Source: Tubulanus polymorphus
Taxonomy: Eukaryota > Animalia > Nemertea
Direction of reading: 5' to 3'
Length of the DNA: 64,000 nt
Assembly: GCF_964204645.1 (NCBI RefSeq)
Contig: NC_134028.1
Span: forward strand, 682,001 to 746,000
A program made the translations under genes and the position numbers. Below the pieces are notes generated by a model. It ran no database searches, was not told the DNA's origin, and saw only the letters and a program-made list of their open reading frames with translations. Shown piece by piece: positions 11,452-25,182 of the stretch; the first letter of the stretch is position 1, and every line of letters begins with the position of its first letter.

Positions 11452-14400
11452 ATGAAGCTGATGAGATTAGAATTATTTCTCGTGTTGTTATTAGTGAATT
11501 TGATCGGAGGCGATGAACACAATCATATCGTAAGTGCAACTGTCAATTTACAACAGATTTTGACAGTTCTGTTTGTTTCCTTCGAATTTAATGATTGATT
11601 GAAGAAGCCTCATTCATGTCATCACCAAGTGTTTATAGCGATATTTGAACGAAGCCAATTTAGTGTGAATGGTTTGTCTCCTGTCGCTGAGGAGCGAGTT
11701 CGACCCAAGACTGTCGGAAATTATCATCATATGTTCTGTCAGTGTCTGCTGGATGTTTTTGGGTGCCAATGGCAATGCCCCAATTGCCCTACGCTAGATA
11801 GAGACATTCACTATACTCTAACAATAGTCCTAACTAAAAACCACATCGATAGCGGGAACTAGAGTTTGGTTTAACAGGGAGGTTATGAAAATACAGTAAC
11901 ATAGGTTGGGTACTGATCAGCTGATTGTGCTGACTGGTTCTTGTCTAGCCTCAGCTAACCCCTCTCAGCCTCCCCTCTCCCCCTACCCTCCGTTTAATAG
12001 TTGTTTATTTATTGTTTTATCAGTATGAAGATAAAGAAGAAGTAGTTCTATGGATGAATACGGTTGGACCGTATCACAACCGTCAGGAGACGTATTCCTA
12101 CTTCTCTTTACCGTTTTGTCGCGGAACTAAACTAGATATCGGTCATTACCACGAGACTCTCGGCGAGGCGTTACAGGGAGTCGAATTAGAATTGAGTGGC
12201 CTCGATATAGACTTTAAAGGTTCGTATTCACTGGTATAAGATGAGTTGTTTCTACTCTTAAAAAACTTTGCAGCAAAATATTCTCGATATAAGAATAATC
12301 TCTTTTTGATGTCTAATTACTCGCATCTTAGGTGAAATCTACTCCAGTTCAGAGATATATACCGGGTTGTTTTGGTGTGTATGTTATGATTGTTAATGTA
12401 TTTCAGGTGATATGCCAAAGAAAGAAGCTTGTGTAGTAGAACTATCTAAAGAACATTATCAAGCATTTGTTTATGCAGTTAAGAATCATTACTGGTATCA
12501 GATGTATATCGATGACCTTCCTATTTGGGGTAAGACATTGTCTTATAATTCCTCACTCGACTGCCCGAAACGAGTTCAATTATTTTACCGAGATTTATTG
12601 ATTTCTGTCAGGAATTGTTGGAGAGATCGATGAAAGCGGAGACGCTTACTATATTTGGACTCATAAGAAGTTTGATATTGGTTGGAATGGTAAACAGATC
12701 GTAGATGTCAATTTAACGAGTGAAGCCAAAGTCAAACTCGCTCCTAATATTAAAATACCGTTCACGTATGAGGTAAGGTTAACCTCGGGTTGACCTCACA
12801 TACGAGGAGGTTGAGACCTCACATACAAGGAGGTTGAGACCTCACATACGAGGAAGTCACCCTCTTACAGCTCAACCTAACATGAGCTCAAAACCCATCA
12901 CACTTTAAAATTTTATCACATATTTATTTTGTAGGTAAAATGGCATAAATCTAATGTATTGTACAAAGATAGATTTGACAAATATTTGGATCCGAATTTC
13001 TTCCAACACAGAGTAAGTGTGAATTATCTCTCACTGAATGAGATTCAGATATATCGTATATTGTCTATATATTTTATATTTGTATTTGATAGATTCACTG
13101 GTTTAGTATTTTTAACTCGTTTATGATGGTGATATTCCTGGTTGGTTTAGTCAGTATGATTCTAATGAGAACTCTCCGTAAGGATTATGCACGTTACAGT
13201 AAAGATGATGATTTAGATGATATGGTAAGCGTTGTATCCTCAGCAGTCCGGGGTTCCCCCCTCCTCCCCTCCCCTATTGATGTATATTTGTTGTTTATTT
13301 CAGGAACGAGATCTCGGTGATGAATATGGCTGGAAACAAGTTCACGGAGATGTTTTCCGTCCTGCTACGAACCCGATTCTGTTCTCAGCTCTGATTGGTT
13401 CTGGTTATCAGATAATGATTGTTTCACTGTGTGTGATTAGTTTAGCGATAGTCGGAGAGCTTTATACAGAGTAAGAGCATTCTTTCATTAACTCCCCCTC
13501 CCCCCGTCTGTCCACCTCCCTCCCCCCATCCGTCTACCCACCTCCCTCCCCCATCCGTCTACCCACCTCCCTCCCCCATCCGTCTACCCACCTCCCTCCC
13601 CCATCCGTCTACCCACCTCCCTCCTCAATACCTCAATATTTTAGGCAGAAAACTGATCACCTATTTGTAATGTATCTATTTGTAATGTATGTATTTTAAG
13701 GCGAGGTTCTATGTTGAGTACCGCTATATTTGTGTATGCTGCCACTTCACCTATAAATGGATTCTTCGGAGGTGGACTTTACGCTCGAATGGGTGGAAAA
13801 ATGTGGATAAAACAGATGTTTATCGGTGCTTTCATCGTTCCAGCAGTCGTGTGTGGAACTGCTTTCTTTATTAATTTCATCGCTATCTATTACCACGCAT
13901 CGAGAGCTATTCCATTTGGAACTATGGTAAATATATTCAATACATATCTCAGTGTGGGACGGGATGGGGTGGGGCAGGACAGACTCAGGGTCTGTGTGGG
14001 TGGGGACAGGGTTGGGGTCTGCGTGGGGCAGGACAGACTCACGGTCTGTGTGAGTGGGGACAGGGTTGGGCTCTGCGTGGGGCAGGACAGACTCAGGGTC
14101 TGTGTGGGTGGGGACAGGGTTGGGGTCTGCGTGGGGCAGGACAGACTCAGGGTCTGTGTGAGTGGGGACAGACTCGGGGTCTTCGTGGGGCAGGACAGAC
14201 TCAGGGTCTGTGTGGGTGGGGACAGGGTTGGGGTCTGCGTGGGGCAGGACAGACTCAGGGTCTATGTGGGTGAGGACAGGCCCAGGCTCAGGGTGTTTGA
14301 CTATTTTATCATTCTCTTACAGGTCGCTGTAACTTGTATCTGTTTGTTTATAATTCTACCGTTAAACCTCGTCGGTACTGTGATTGGTAGAAACGTCTCC

Positions 14401-15604
14401 GGGCAACCAGATTACCCGTGTCGTATTAACGCAGTACCCAGACCGATACCTGAGAAGAAATGGTTCATGGAACCGAGTGTGATCGTGTTTCTAGGTGGAA
14501 TTCTACCTTTCGGATCAATTTTCATCGAAATGTGAGTTCACTATAAAAACCTTTATAATCACAATCTGACTTTCATAGCTTTTTATTCCTAATTAGTTGT
14601 ATGTTAATTTTTGTAGGTATTTTATTTTCACATCATTCTGGGCGTATAAAATCTACTATGTTTATGGTTTTATGCTGTTAGTTCTGTTGATATTGTGTAT
14701 AGTAACTGTTTGCGTTACTATCGTCTGTACATATTTCCTATTGAATGCTGAGGATTATCGCTGGTAAGTACTTACCCCTCACCTCTTCCTGCGGCTCTCG
14801 TGAGTGACACAGTTACCCCTCACCTCTTCCTGCGGCTCTCGTGAGTGACACAGTTACCCCTCACCTCTTCCTGCTGCTCTCGTGAGTGACACAGTTACCC
14901 CTCACCTCTTCCTGCGGCTCTCGTGAGTGACACACCCCTCACCTCTTCCCGTCGCTCTCGTGAGTGACACAGTTACCCCTCACCTCTTCCCGCTGCTCTC
15001 TGAGTGACACACTTACCCCTCACCTCTTCCCGCCGCTCTCGTGAGTGACACGGGTATCAGTATGAATTGATGCTCTTCTATTTCAGGCAATGGACCAGTT
15101 TCCTGTCAGCTGCATCGACTTCTGGATACGTTTATCTCTATTCATTTTATTATTTCTTCTTCAAAACGAAGTAAGTTTTCAGAATCCCCCCCTCCTCCTC
15201 CCTGTTTCAGCCCCCTCACACTCCCCCATCCCTCTACTGATGTGTGTATGAATTGTTATTTCAGAATGTATGGCTTGTTCCAGACTACATTTTATTTCGG
15301 TTATATGGCCCTGTTCAGTTTATCTCTAGGAATCATGTGTGGTAAGTACTGTGAGGAGCGTCGTGTGTCACAGGTGTTCGACCAGTTTATAACCGGTTTC
15401 CGACACCTGCCGTTACTATACTATCCACACCTCAAACACATTCATTGTCAACATTATTACAACTGTAATTATGTACTGTCCATAAATCAGACACTGTTTT
15501 ATCGATTATTATTTTATTGATTATTATATTTTTCAGGAACTGTCGGTTTCATCGGAACAAATATATTTGTGCGCAAAATATACTCAACAGTGAAAATAGA
15601 CTAG
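11452..15604 (+). CDS. TM9SF3: Transmembrane 9 superfamily member 3; exons 11452-11529, 12024-12219, 12407-12529, 12612-12772, 12935-13012, 13093-13224, 13304-13470, 13701-13926, 14323-14531, 14617-14763, 15087-15170, 15265-15341, 15537-15604
   Basis: Signal peptide then DEHNH; [32 protein letters not shown]; [14 protein letters not shown]; [20 protein letters not shown]; [15 protein letters not shown]; [13 protein letters not shown]; C-terminal IYSTVKID* (KxD/E motif). All introns GT-AG with consistent phase. Confidence 0.98.
13505..13625. repeat. 25-bp C-rich minisatellite in TM9SF3 intron 7
   Basis: ccgtctacccacctccctcccccat, about 4.5 copies. Confidence 0.9.
13968..14293. repeat. 54-bp (2 x 27) G-rich minisatellite in TM9SF3 intron 8
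   Basis: ggggcaggacagactcagggtctgtgtgggtggggacagggttggggtctgcgt, about 6 copies. Confidence 0.95.
14772..15051. repeat. 41-bp minisatellite filling TM9SF3 intron 10
   Basis: ttacccctcacctcttcctgcggctctcgtgagtgacacag, about 7 copies. Confidence 0.95.
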
Positions 15605-16505
15605 AGGCTACAACACACTGGACTCATAAACGATTCAACTGTGACTTTAAAACTAAACTATTTGATATCTATTTGTTGGATGTGATAATGGAAATATGGT
15701 GGTGATTTCATTGAACTGATGCTCAGCAGTCACTATGATTCTGAACTGATGGCGCTCAGTTCTGTTAAACAGTCAAAAACATGTATTGAATAAAGTGATC
15801 TTCCATATCACAAATCTCTACTATTACTGACATCAAACTAGTACATTACAGTAATAGTGTATGTAAGTTTAGCTACCGGTCTCTGGAACAGCTACCAGGT
15901 CATTGTTATCATATACTTTAAGCTGCTGCAGTATTTTTAAGTTAGCCTCAGAGACAAGAAGCTTCTTTCTGGTGATTCGGAATCTGGATAATTATCTGTA
16001 GTTGAAATTAAAGATATTTTCAGCGAGGTTGATGTTTTTGGCTGCGTTTTAAACAAGTTTCCACTTATAGTTTTCTTACTCAATTATTTTTCTTAGATTT
16101 TTGTAAACATGGACACAATTTAATAGATCTACAGCCACATTCATTCATTCTTTATATCGATACCAATCGTTGAAATATCTTTTATTTCATCTAGTCACAA
16201 ATATAGAAAACCAGAATCAAATACACAGATTTCAGTGCTGCTTCTAGGTTTAATTAACATCGTAGCGTCTTAGAGTTTTTATCTTGTAAAAATCCTCTGA
16301 ATTCGAACATATATTGTAATGATGCTATACATTGTACATATCCAGTCGGTTTATATTGTATAGGATCTGAATGATAGAGTTTAACGCTGATATATATTTG
16401 ATGTAAGTCAAACTCATGAAGGGTTTTATTTATATGATGTTAACAGGGTTCAAACTCAAACTATGTGTAGACACTACAATGATAGATGTTAATATGAGAT
16501 ACCAG

Positions 16506-16621
16506 GGGCTGGTTGCATAGTCATGACTTGGACTTAAGACCACAACTTAGTTCTGTAGCCAATCTAACAACTTTGGACCAGTTTTAAGATTTGAAACCAC
16601 TTTTGACTTTGCAACTGGCCA
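16506..16621. mobile_element. Short MITE-like element, possibly PIF/Harbinger-derived
   Basis: Imperfect terminal inverted repeats gggctggttgca ... tgcaactggcca, flanked on both sides by CAG (candidate 3-bp target-site duplication). Confidence 0.5.
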
Positions 16622-18986
16622 CAGGTATATTAACTATATGTTTATAATGAAACTGAACTCAGATATTCAATCAATTTTCATCTATTCTGATCAGTGTAAA
16701 TTGTGGGTGATTGAATTAATGCTTTATTGCGGTGTTTGTCATTTCTCGTTTCACAGATTGCTCTCATCAACTCGTCGTCTTATTGAAGTATCGATCTTGT
16801 TTTACCCAGATTCTGTACAGATATATCATTATCATTATTATTATTATTGTAAACATGAAACAAAAAGAGAAAGTTTCTAAATCTCGATATAAAGAACATG
16901 TAAATATTTTTCTAGTGCGTCTTGATCGTCATCAAAATAATGTGGAGAGTATGTAATATAAGGGGAAGATGTAATTTAATAAATATCAGTCAAATATCTG
17001 TTAATATTCAATTGTTTATTTATTGTTTATTCGCTGAGGAAACGACGACTAGGGAAGTTTCTAGTCCGCGTCATCATCTGATTCGAATCCGTCGGGCATC
17101 GTTCATGATAGAAAACGGTCGCTAATGTACTGCTGGTCATTTTGACAGATGTGTGGAAAATGACATCCATTGCAAAGTTTGGTGAGATACTAGATACTAG
17201 TCAACTAAATAGATAAGAGAGATACAATTCAATTATCCCTACTTGAAGACCTAAGGTGATGATGTGACCAGGTTCGCGAATCACTGACATAGAGAGAATG
17301 GTCCTGTGTATCTAAACCGTCAGGTTTCAGGCAATGATTCTTACCCTGGCATGCGAGCGGCGAGAACCAAGATGCAGTTTAGAGAATTAGCGTCTTTTAA
17401 AGACACAGTAGACTGCAGCAGACCTATCTACATATGGTCCTGAAGATGATGGATTCAATCTAAATAGATGAGTTGGGTGTACTGAATTGATTTCCAAGAG
17501 ATAGGTTGAAAGATTCAGATTATTCTGGCTACATATGGTCCTAAAGATGATGGATTCAATGGTGTAAACTCCTTCCTGAAGATGAACAAGATTTAAAAAC
17601 AAAAACTCCGATAATTGAAGATAAAATATCTGCACGATATATTAATTGTATACATTACACATGTGAATACAGGCTTTCATCATTGATGATTGTCGCTTGT
17701 ACAATTAAACTATTAAAGCCATTAATAGAAGTTTAGAAACAACTTCTGAATTGACAACCGAATAAAAAACGACACATTCAGTAAAACGAATAAGACATAA
17801 CTTGGGAAACAAAGTTATCAAAAATCATCTTAAAAATATTGAAAAGCACATGATTTATTTTTTTTTCGTGTTCGTAAAATCATTTTTGAACTTATTTTAG
17901 CACCACTTCAGACTCTACCGCGTTAGATTTTATCAAATCTTAATCGTCAAAATGGAAAGTTTCCTCGTCACAGTTTGCAACAAATAAGCAAACACAGTAA
18001 AGTCCTAATTAATAATTGACCGATACAACACTTCTGAAGTTTTATATGGAAGAATTAATATGCACAAGAGTCAGATCATCAGACGTAAAATCCATCAATT
18101 CCTGTAGGAAGTACTGATTGGTCAGCATCATGTGAGTTATACAGTCCGAGGACCAGTTCAAACACCAGTCACGACTTAATTCTAGCCCTGAAAACCGCAG
18201 TGATATGAAGCTATATTATTTTACAGTAGGATTCGTGTTGATTTGAATTCATTAAGATATATACAGATTTATACAGAGTTATATACAGTATGATCACTGA
18301 TTGCATCTTTTAAGGAATGGCAACAGATTTAGTCAATAATTAATTCATAAATATGTTATAGTGAATCTTTGGAAGAACTATACAATACATAATATAGATG
18401 TACATATGCAACATTTGAATTCATTGTGTGGTCATTTAGAACAGCTTCATAACAAGTGGTAAGCCTATTCCTATAGAAATCTGAACAATGAATAACTTAT
18501 TTGACAATATAGGTAATCCCCATGGGTAATCCCGAGAGGTAATCCCATGGGTAATCCCTAGAGGTAATCCCCGTAATCCCGAGATAGCCAAAGCTTTCAA
18601 CGTAGCAAGTACAAGTACTACATATACTTGGTCTAGTTGCAAATTTTCAATATCTTCCAACATTCCACAGTTCTTAATTCCCTGAATCATTTCTACATGA
18701 TAAATACTAATTTACATAATGTATCACTTATTTACATATAACATAATCAATAATAGTAGTAATAATAATTTACACATTATCCTATTTACATAATTTGTCG
18801 AATGCCCTGTTACACGTTTAGGTCAAGGGCACTGATAAATGCAATATCTTTCTGCCATCATCCGAGTTTTGTTCATAAATAAAGTTTTTTTTTTCAGAGA
18901 CAAAGATCATCCTTAAATTATATTTACATTGCTGCCTTTTAGACTATTACAAGCTTTACACAGAAAACGCTTTGAAACACTTCGTG

Positions 18987-21900
18987 CTATAATCCAACTT
19001 GAGCTCTGAAATGAGAAGAAACAAGTTACTCAGTAACGAGATTGTACAAAGGAATAATTACTATACATGAAGATTCAATCGATTCAAGGTTGTTGCGACT
19101 TACTTCAATGATTTATGTCGTTCTTTCTCGTAACTATTTTCCGGAGCTTCACATTCAAATGAAGCCAATGAAAGCGCTGTAAATGAAATAATGATAAATT
19201 TGCTGATTGATGAAAAGTGCTTGAACTCCGAATAAAACTCGAATTCATGATTCAGTATCTACTTACAAGTTTCAGAGAACACTGGTGTAGTTAGCACATA
19301 TGTAATCACGTGGTCGTGTTTTTCAAACGGACACTGAAATCGAGAACGTTAAAAATCTATAAATGTGAAAGGAGTAATCTGTGCACTTACGTGATGAGAT
19401 ACTTACCTCTACTTGTTTCCATGTCAGGAATTCTGTAATCTGTTTAGCGAGCTGCCAGAATTTCTATAACAAAAACACCAGTATCAAATCAGTTTTACAC
19501 TAATATCATAGACATGTTCAAAGGACAAGTACTCAATTTGCTTAAAGCATGTGATAAGCTTTCTGCTTTACAAGACGAAAAATCAGAGCGCGGGTTATCA
19601 CTTTCAACTAGTCTAATGACCATGCTGCTAATGTCAGCGCACGTAAGGAGCTTAGGACATGTTCTCCCTGCCATTACAGAGCATAATTCAGGTTACAGAA
19701 GTTGTTAATGAGCTGAGATGAAATTCAGTACTAACCTCGAAGTTGATATGACCGCTTTGTAGTCTGTTGGAACACCCTTCATTGAGGAAATATAAATCTT
19801 TAACCAACAAACTGAAGAATGGAATAATAATTCGTTCTCGATCATCAACGGCTCCTTCAGATCGCCATAAAGCGGCTTTTAGCGTCGATCTATAACTGGA
19901 AAAATTATTTCTCGGATCCATTTGATGCTGAAAAACATAAATTTATTTCAAAACTCTTAAATTCACCCCAAAACGACAAAATTACAACAACGTTATAGGT
20001 AAAACTTTTTCATATCGGAATATCTTACCTCCAAAACTTCAAACTTTTCCATGTTTACTTTGGACCACTAAAAGTAAATATGAATGAAATGATGATTTCA
20101 AAACAATTGTTAATATAAGTCTAATTATGATAATATTTCTAAGAATGTATTTTCGGGATTCCTACCGTTTTCTTTAACCTCGCAACTTGACTCAGATTCA
20201 AACCAGCTGTAAATATACAGACCATACACGTTTTAGTGATAAGTTGAAGAGACCTGGATTACCATCAGAGGTTTAATCAATCAGCTCACCTATAATTGCC
20301 ATCAGTGAATTAAAGTTCCCGATATTGAAACATTCTTTCGCGACATCAATGAAATAATTGATGATTTTCACGCGTTGCTTTTTCTTCAAATGCTGAAACA
20401 ATAAAAAAACATTATAGTTTCACGCAAAGTCCTCTAGAGGGGGTAGTTTCAGACTCACTGGGTGGCAGGAGACACTAACCATACAGATCTCTGTAGCTAC
20501 TAAATAACTGAGTCGATTGAACCAATCTACATATTCTTCCAAGTTCTTCGTTTTCTTTAGATCTTGAACTGAAGTCTGTAAACAACGTGAAAGTAATAAG
20601 TATCACTAAACTGTGCTCCGTGTTCAAGGTTCTCGCAAGTTAACTGTATTTACCTCGATTTCTGTATCTTTAGAAAATGCTTGCACGAATTCTTCAGGTC
20701 CAATATTACTCAATCGTTCCTGCGAGATAAATAGAATCCATTAGATATATTACACAGGGACACACGAGATCAGAGGCTCGAAGACGTGTTGGTTTCCGTA
20801 CAAAATTAACGACTGATGTTCAATTTAATCGAAAAGACAACACTCTATATGAAGAAAACTATGAGAGTAATAGCATTTTCATTCAATTCTTTGAACCATT
20901 TTCAAAACAGTTTGTAGTTTTTCTTCATATTTTGGGTTTCTTTTCAAAACTAATGTTAACTTTCCGGCTACTTACTAATTCTATATGAGTGAGTTGTTGT
21001 GCCATAACTAGAGGACTAGAACATGTATCGTGAATATCAGTCTGGAATTGAATATCAGGAAATTATCAAATTATCAAATCATTATCAAATTCCACACAAT
21101 TTCAGATATAACGAATATTAAAATGAACTTACAGTTGGAACAAGATTCAGTAATCGATGAGCGCATTCCGCTCGAATCTTCGATAAGAATTCCTCGTATC
21201 TTTGTAGAGCTGATAACTAAAAATAACAACCCAACACATATCCATGAATATTATACCTCTCTGTGCTCAGTTCCACAGTTATGACCGGACCCAGTTCCAC
21301 AGTTGTGAGATAGGTTAACTCTGATGTAAAGTCAGGACCTAGTTCCACAGTTCTGAGCTAAAATTTGATCCATGAAATTAGCCTCTTTTTAGCTCAAGAA
21401 CATTGGAACTGGGTCCTGAACGATGGAACTAGATCCTGAACGGGGGAACTGGATCCTGAACGGGGGAACTGGATCCTGAACGGTGATATAGATTGTGTAG
21501 TTTGACACTTACCCGCGCTAACAGATTGTGCATCATCACTCCGATATCTTTACGTAATTCTGGATAAATTTTCAGAACTTTCTGCGTAATTTCCTTCAAA
21601 TGTTTCATCATTCGTTCATCACGGAAGTCGTAGGGAAATAACTCTGTCCATTCGCTCAGTAATTGGATGATATGTGACCCGAATAAACCCAGCGATTCTT
21701 TATTTACATTGTCGTCCGATAAACCTTGTTGTATGCTACTCAACTGTAAAACAATCATTCCAACTTCTATAAATATCAAACCGTTAGAAATTATTTAAAT
21801 TCTTTCAGTTGGAAAAGCGAGGACGAGTGCGATATATCATAGTGCAGAACAATGGTTTCAAGGAGTGATCTCAATTAGTGGTTCGTGACCAACTGAACGA

Positions 21901-22792
21901 AAACTTGACTGCATAAATAGAATTCTAGTGTCAGCTCCGATATACAGACATGTAAACAATCAAACTATTACTAGATTTTTGGCAAAATTAAAACAAAAAG
22001 AATTGTTCCACGCGAGGGAAGTGAAGTAACCGTATTTTGGCATCGAGACAACAGGTCGATACATCGGTCAAGTGGTCAGTCTAAGTAGTTTGTTGTTGTG
22101 TTCACAGTGTAAAGTGGTCATCGGTCAGAAAACGTACCTGAGTAACTTCCTTGAGTAAACTGTGCGGTTTGATAAAAAGTCGAGAACTCAGAACAAATGC
22201 AAACACGAAAGTTCGCTGAAATTGAAAAACAAAATAAACGATATTTAAATATGGCTGCAAAGCAGTCAATTCACTTTTGAGACCTGTATATCTCTGGATT
22301 AGGGTCAGGACGCCATAAGTCTAGAAAAAATTTGATTCGGTTGTTCCCCTGTACGAAGTTGATAAGATAAAGGATTATGTAAGTTATAAGAATAAACAAC
22401 GTAACAAAATGAAACCCGTTAAATACAATTATAGCATTGAGTTCAATATGTACTGATAAAACAATGCGTAAGCAAGAAAAAAAATTCGTTTTGAACCAGT
22501 AATGAAGAAGGATTCAATGGTTGAGATACTCACATCAGGGTAGTAATGTTTGGTTGGAACTAAATGTCGGATAAGTCCGTCTAATGACCCGGAATATAGA
22601 TTTCCATCTTGATAAATAATTGCCTGAAAAATTAAAACGAATATCGATACAAATCATATATTCTCGATGTAAATATTTTTGCTGAATTTCTTAAAGACTT
22701 ACGTCATTATCATCAACTTGAGGTAGGGCATATCCATTGCCGGCAATGGAAAACAGGTGGGCCAAATTGGACATCTGAGGACCAACACTTTG
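18987..22792 (-). CDS. RASGEF1: RasGEF domain family member 1 (REM + CDC25 domains), core exons 22792-22703, 22623-22534, 22215-22138, 21743-21513, 21216-21133, 21041-20976, 20719-20654, 20575-20480, 20392-20290, 20206-20166, 20067-20029, 19927-19736, 19463-19407, 19333-19267, 19176-19104, 19005-18987
   Basis: Spliced product contains SGSLDGLIRHLVPTKHYYPDRTFVFAFVLSSRLF, QLLSEWTELFPYDFRDERMM, AQQLTHIELERLSNIGPEEFVQAF, CFNIGNFNSLMAII, HQMDPRNNF, IPFFSLLVKDLYFLNEGCSNRL and KFWQLAKQ, ending AQVGL*; closely matches vertebrate RASGEF1A/B/C as I recall them. Confidence 0.96.
21287..21483. mobile_element. MITE-like element(s) with TIR ggacccagttccacagtt...ggaactgggtcc plus a tandem amplification of the right end
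   Basis: Same TIR family as 59741-59850 and degenerate copies near 59-127 and 52878-52980; the 20-bp unit ggaactggatcctgaacggg repeats about 4 times at 21406-21483. Confidence 0.7.
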
Positions 22793-23158
22793 CTGAAAAT
22801 AGAAATAAAACCCTGAATAATTATTGAATTTACTAAAACACTTCATCCAGATTCGGCAACAGTGCAAGGAAATGATACTTCGGTGTGCTACATTTGTGGG
22901 ATACGAGATGATACCCTTCAAAGTTCTACCCGCTACATGTTTATTGCAAGCGCTTTAAATCATCTTCAACATTCTCAATATTTTTCTCAACTTTAAAAAA
23001 ACACTGGACTTCCTTCAATAAGATTAATGTGGCTTCATTCTGGTTCATCGGCGAATGTTATCATAATGTTTTTAGGCATCTTTAAACACGAGTCTGTTGA
23101 TATTCATTGACGGGTGTTCACGAGTCGTAAACAAACCAAACCTCTGAATACAAGAACC

Positions 23159-23159
23159 C

Positions 23160-23190
<31 letters not shown>

Positions 23191-23235
23191 CCGCTCTCTC
23201 TCCCTCTCTCTCCCTCCCCCTCCCTCTCTCTCCCT
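23159..23235. repeat. Imperfect (CT)n microsatellite
   Basis: CT/CCT run. Confidence 0.9.
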
Positions 23236-24717
23236 GAGTCTGTTTGTAAATGTGGACGTAAAACGAATATTTCTATCACTCTCAGGTGCCTTCACAAACA
23301 TATCTTTTGCTTGTATTTAACATTCCTATCGTGTTTTCTCGTTCGCAAAGAAATAAATGGCTTTCTCTATCTCTATCCGTTTACAAAGTGTCTGATCGGA
23401 TTCTATATTTTTAATTTATATACTATATACTGTATCTATAGACGGAACGCGCATAAATTTGACGCATTGCCAACTAGATCATTATATCCGTTCAGTTCTA
23501 TTTAGACTTTTTGTCGGAATAACAATAGAAAAGCCATTCATAACTCAGTCAAACAACGTTCCTCTATAGACACGACGTGTACAGGATTTAACAAGCCTTC
23601 AACCGTTATCAATGTTTTAATTGACAAAACGATTTTCATTCTCAATTCGGTCGTGAAAGTTCGGTTCAAAAGTTTAACATTGGTTTCAATACGTTTTAAA
23701 TTGAAAGATCTAAATCTATAGTAAATGATGCAGTGTCGCAGAAGACATGAAGGGATTGATGAAGTAGTGCAGATTTATGTGGAATATACACATATACAAA
23801 TAATCATTTAAACCCAGGTCACAGTACAGGCTTTAGGGCTTAGTAAGGACTGGAATCAGTAACTGGTTCCACATAGCGTCATATCGGGTGGGCCCAGTCA
23901 TCCTCCCCCGAACTGCCACTATGCTGCTATACATGTACTGTAAATAAAGCGGAAAATATCGCGCACGTTAGTTTTGTGTAAGATGGTTGTTTGGTCTGGT
24001 CTGGTATGCATCCATCTGGATTCAATATGACAGGTTGACTCATCATCATAGATAGATAGATAGATAGAACAGGTACCGCGCACAGATGCATTGATTACAG
24101 GTGCACAATACACACCGACCGTGCATCTGCACGCATTAAATTCATCTTTTTTCGAACCCAATCTCCGAGAGATAGAACTTTTCTATAACTGCTTCATGTA
24201 TTTTTACAAATCTAAATATATTTTCTATTTCTACTTTTAACATTCATGACTCAGAAGAAGAAACTTACTTTAGTTTAAACATAGTTACTTATTTCAAGGA
24301 AATCTTTATATAGATTACCTTTCGTGCTAAAAATAAATCAATCACATTCTCCTTTGACGATCGTCAAAATCAGTCTCTGAAAATCGCCACAAATCGTAGC
24401 ATTTACAGATGTCGTGCTTCATAACATTCAGAACAACGACATAAAATACTGAAATTACTGACAACAACCAGACTTGTAAATACCGTGTAAATAACTTTAG
24501 AATAGGATAATTATCCCCAACAGAGCTAGAATTTACAGGTAGAATTAACGCCCCCCCCCTCCTCCCCTCCCCCTCCCTTCTCAGCTTAATCGTAATAGAG
24601 GAAGCGTGCAGCAGTTAGTATACAGTTCGGAGCGCTCATCCCTCGTCTTGAGAATTGACGAAAAAAGGAACCTAAACAATATTTACTGATGATACTTGAC
24701 ACAAGAGGATGATGATT

Positions 24718-24775
24718 GCTGGAGCTGCTGCTGGAGCTGCTGCTGCTGCTGCTGCTGCTGCTGCAGCTGCTGCTG
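24718..24775. repeat. (CTG)n trinucleotide repeat
   Basis: gctgct run inside the long RASGEF1 5' intron. Confidence 0.9.
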
Positions 24776-25182
24776 AGGGCTTCGGAATAAGAAGAAACTG
24801 ATGATTCCTGTAACCATGGAAACGAGACGTTGCGTTGGATTGTGGTTATGGGATCAAAATGAAAACTGACATCAGATCAGAAAACAAACGAACAAAAGGC
24901 GTTCGTGTTAACATCTAACATGTACCATTAGAAATAATAACCCAATCACTCGGGAGCCGCTCACTTATAAACATGACGAACAAGAATCCTCCATGCTATG
25001 AAACTTTCGGAGTAGTCGAATCTAAAGGTAACCCCCCCCCTGTAGGATTCTCAAAAATAAGAATTATATCGTTTGAAAATCTCATGTCCCTGTTTACCAC
25101 ACGATATACCGCGCACCTGCCTGTATGCATGATGTTACTGAGAAGATCATGAATCAAAAACTGAAGAGTGAAAGAGACGCAC

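Noticed and set aside
24319-24376. Additional RASGEF1 coding exon (AG...GT bounded, 58 nt, minus strand)
   Set aside because: Contains a stop in the frame needed to join 22792; at most a UTR exon. A similar segment near 33627-33697 fails in the same way.
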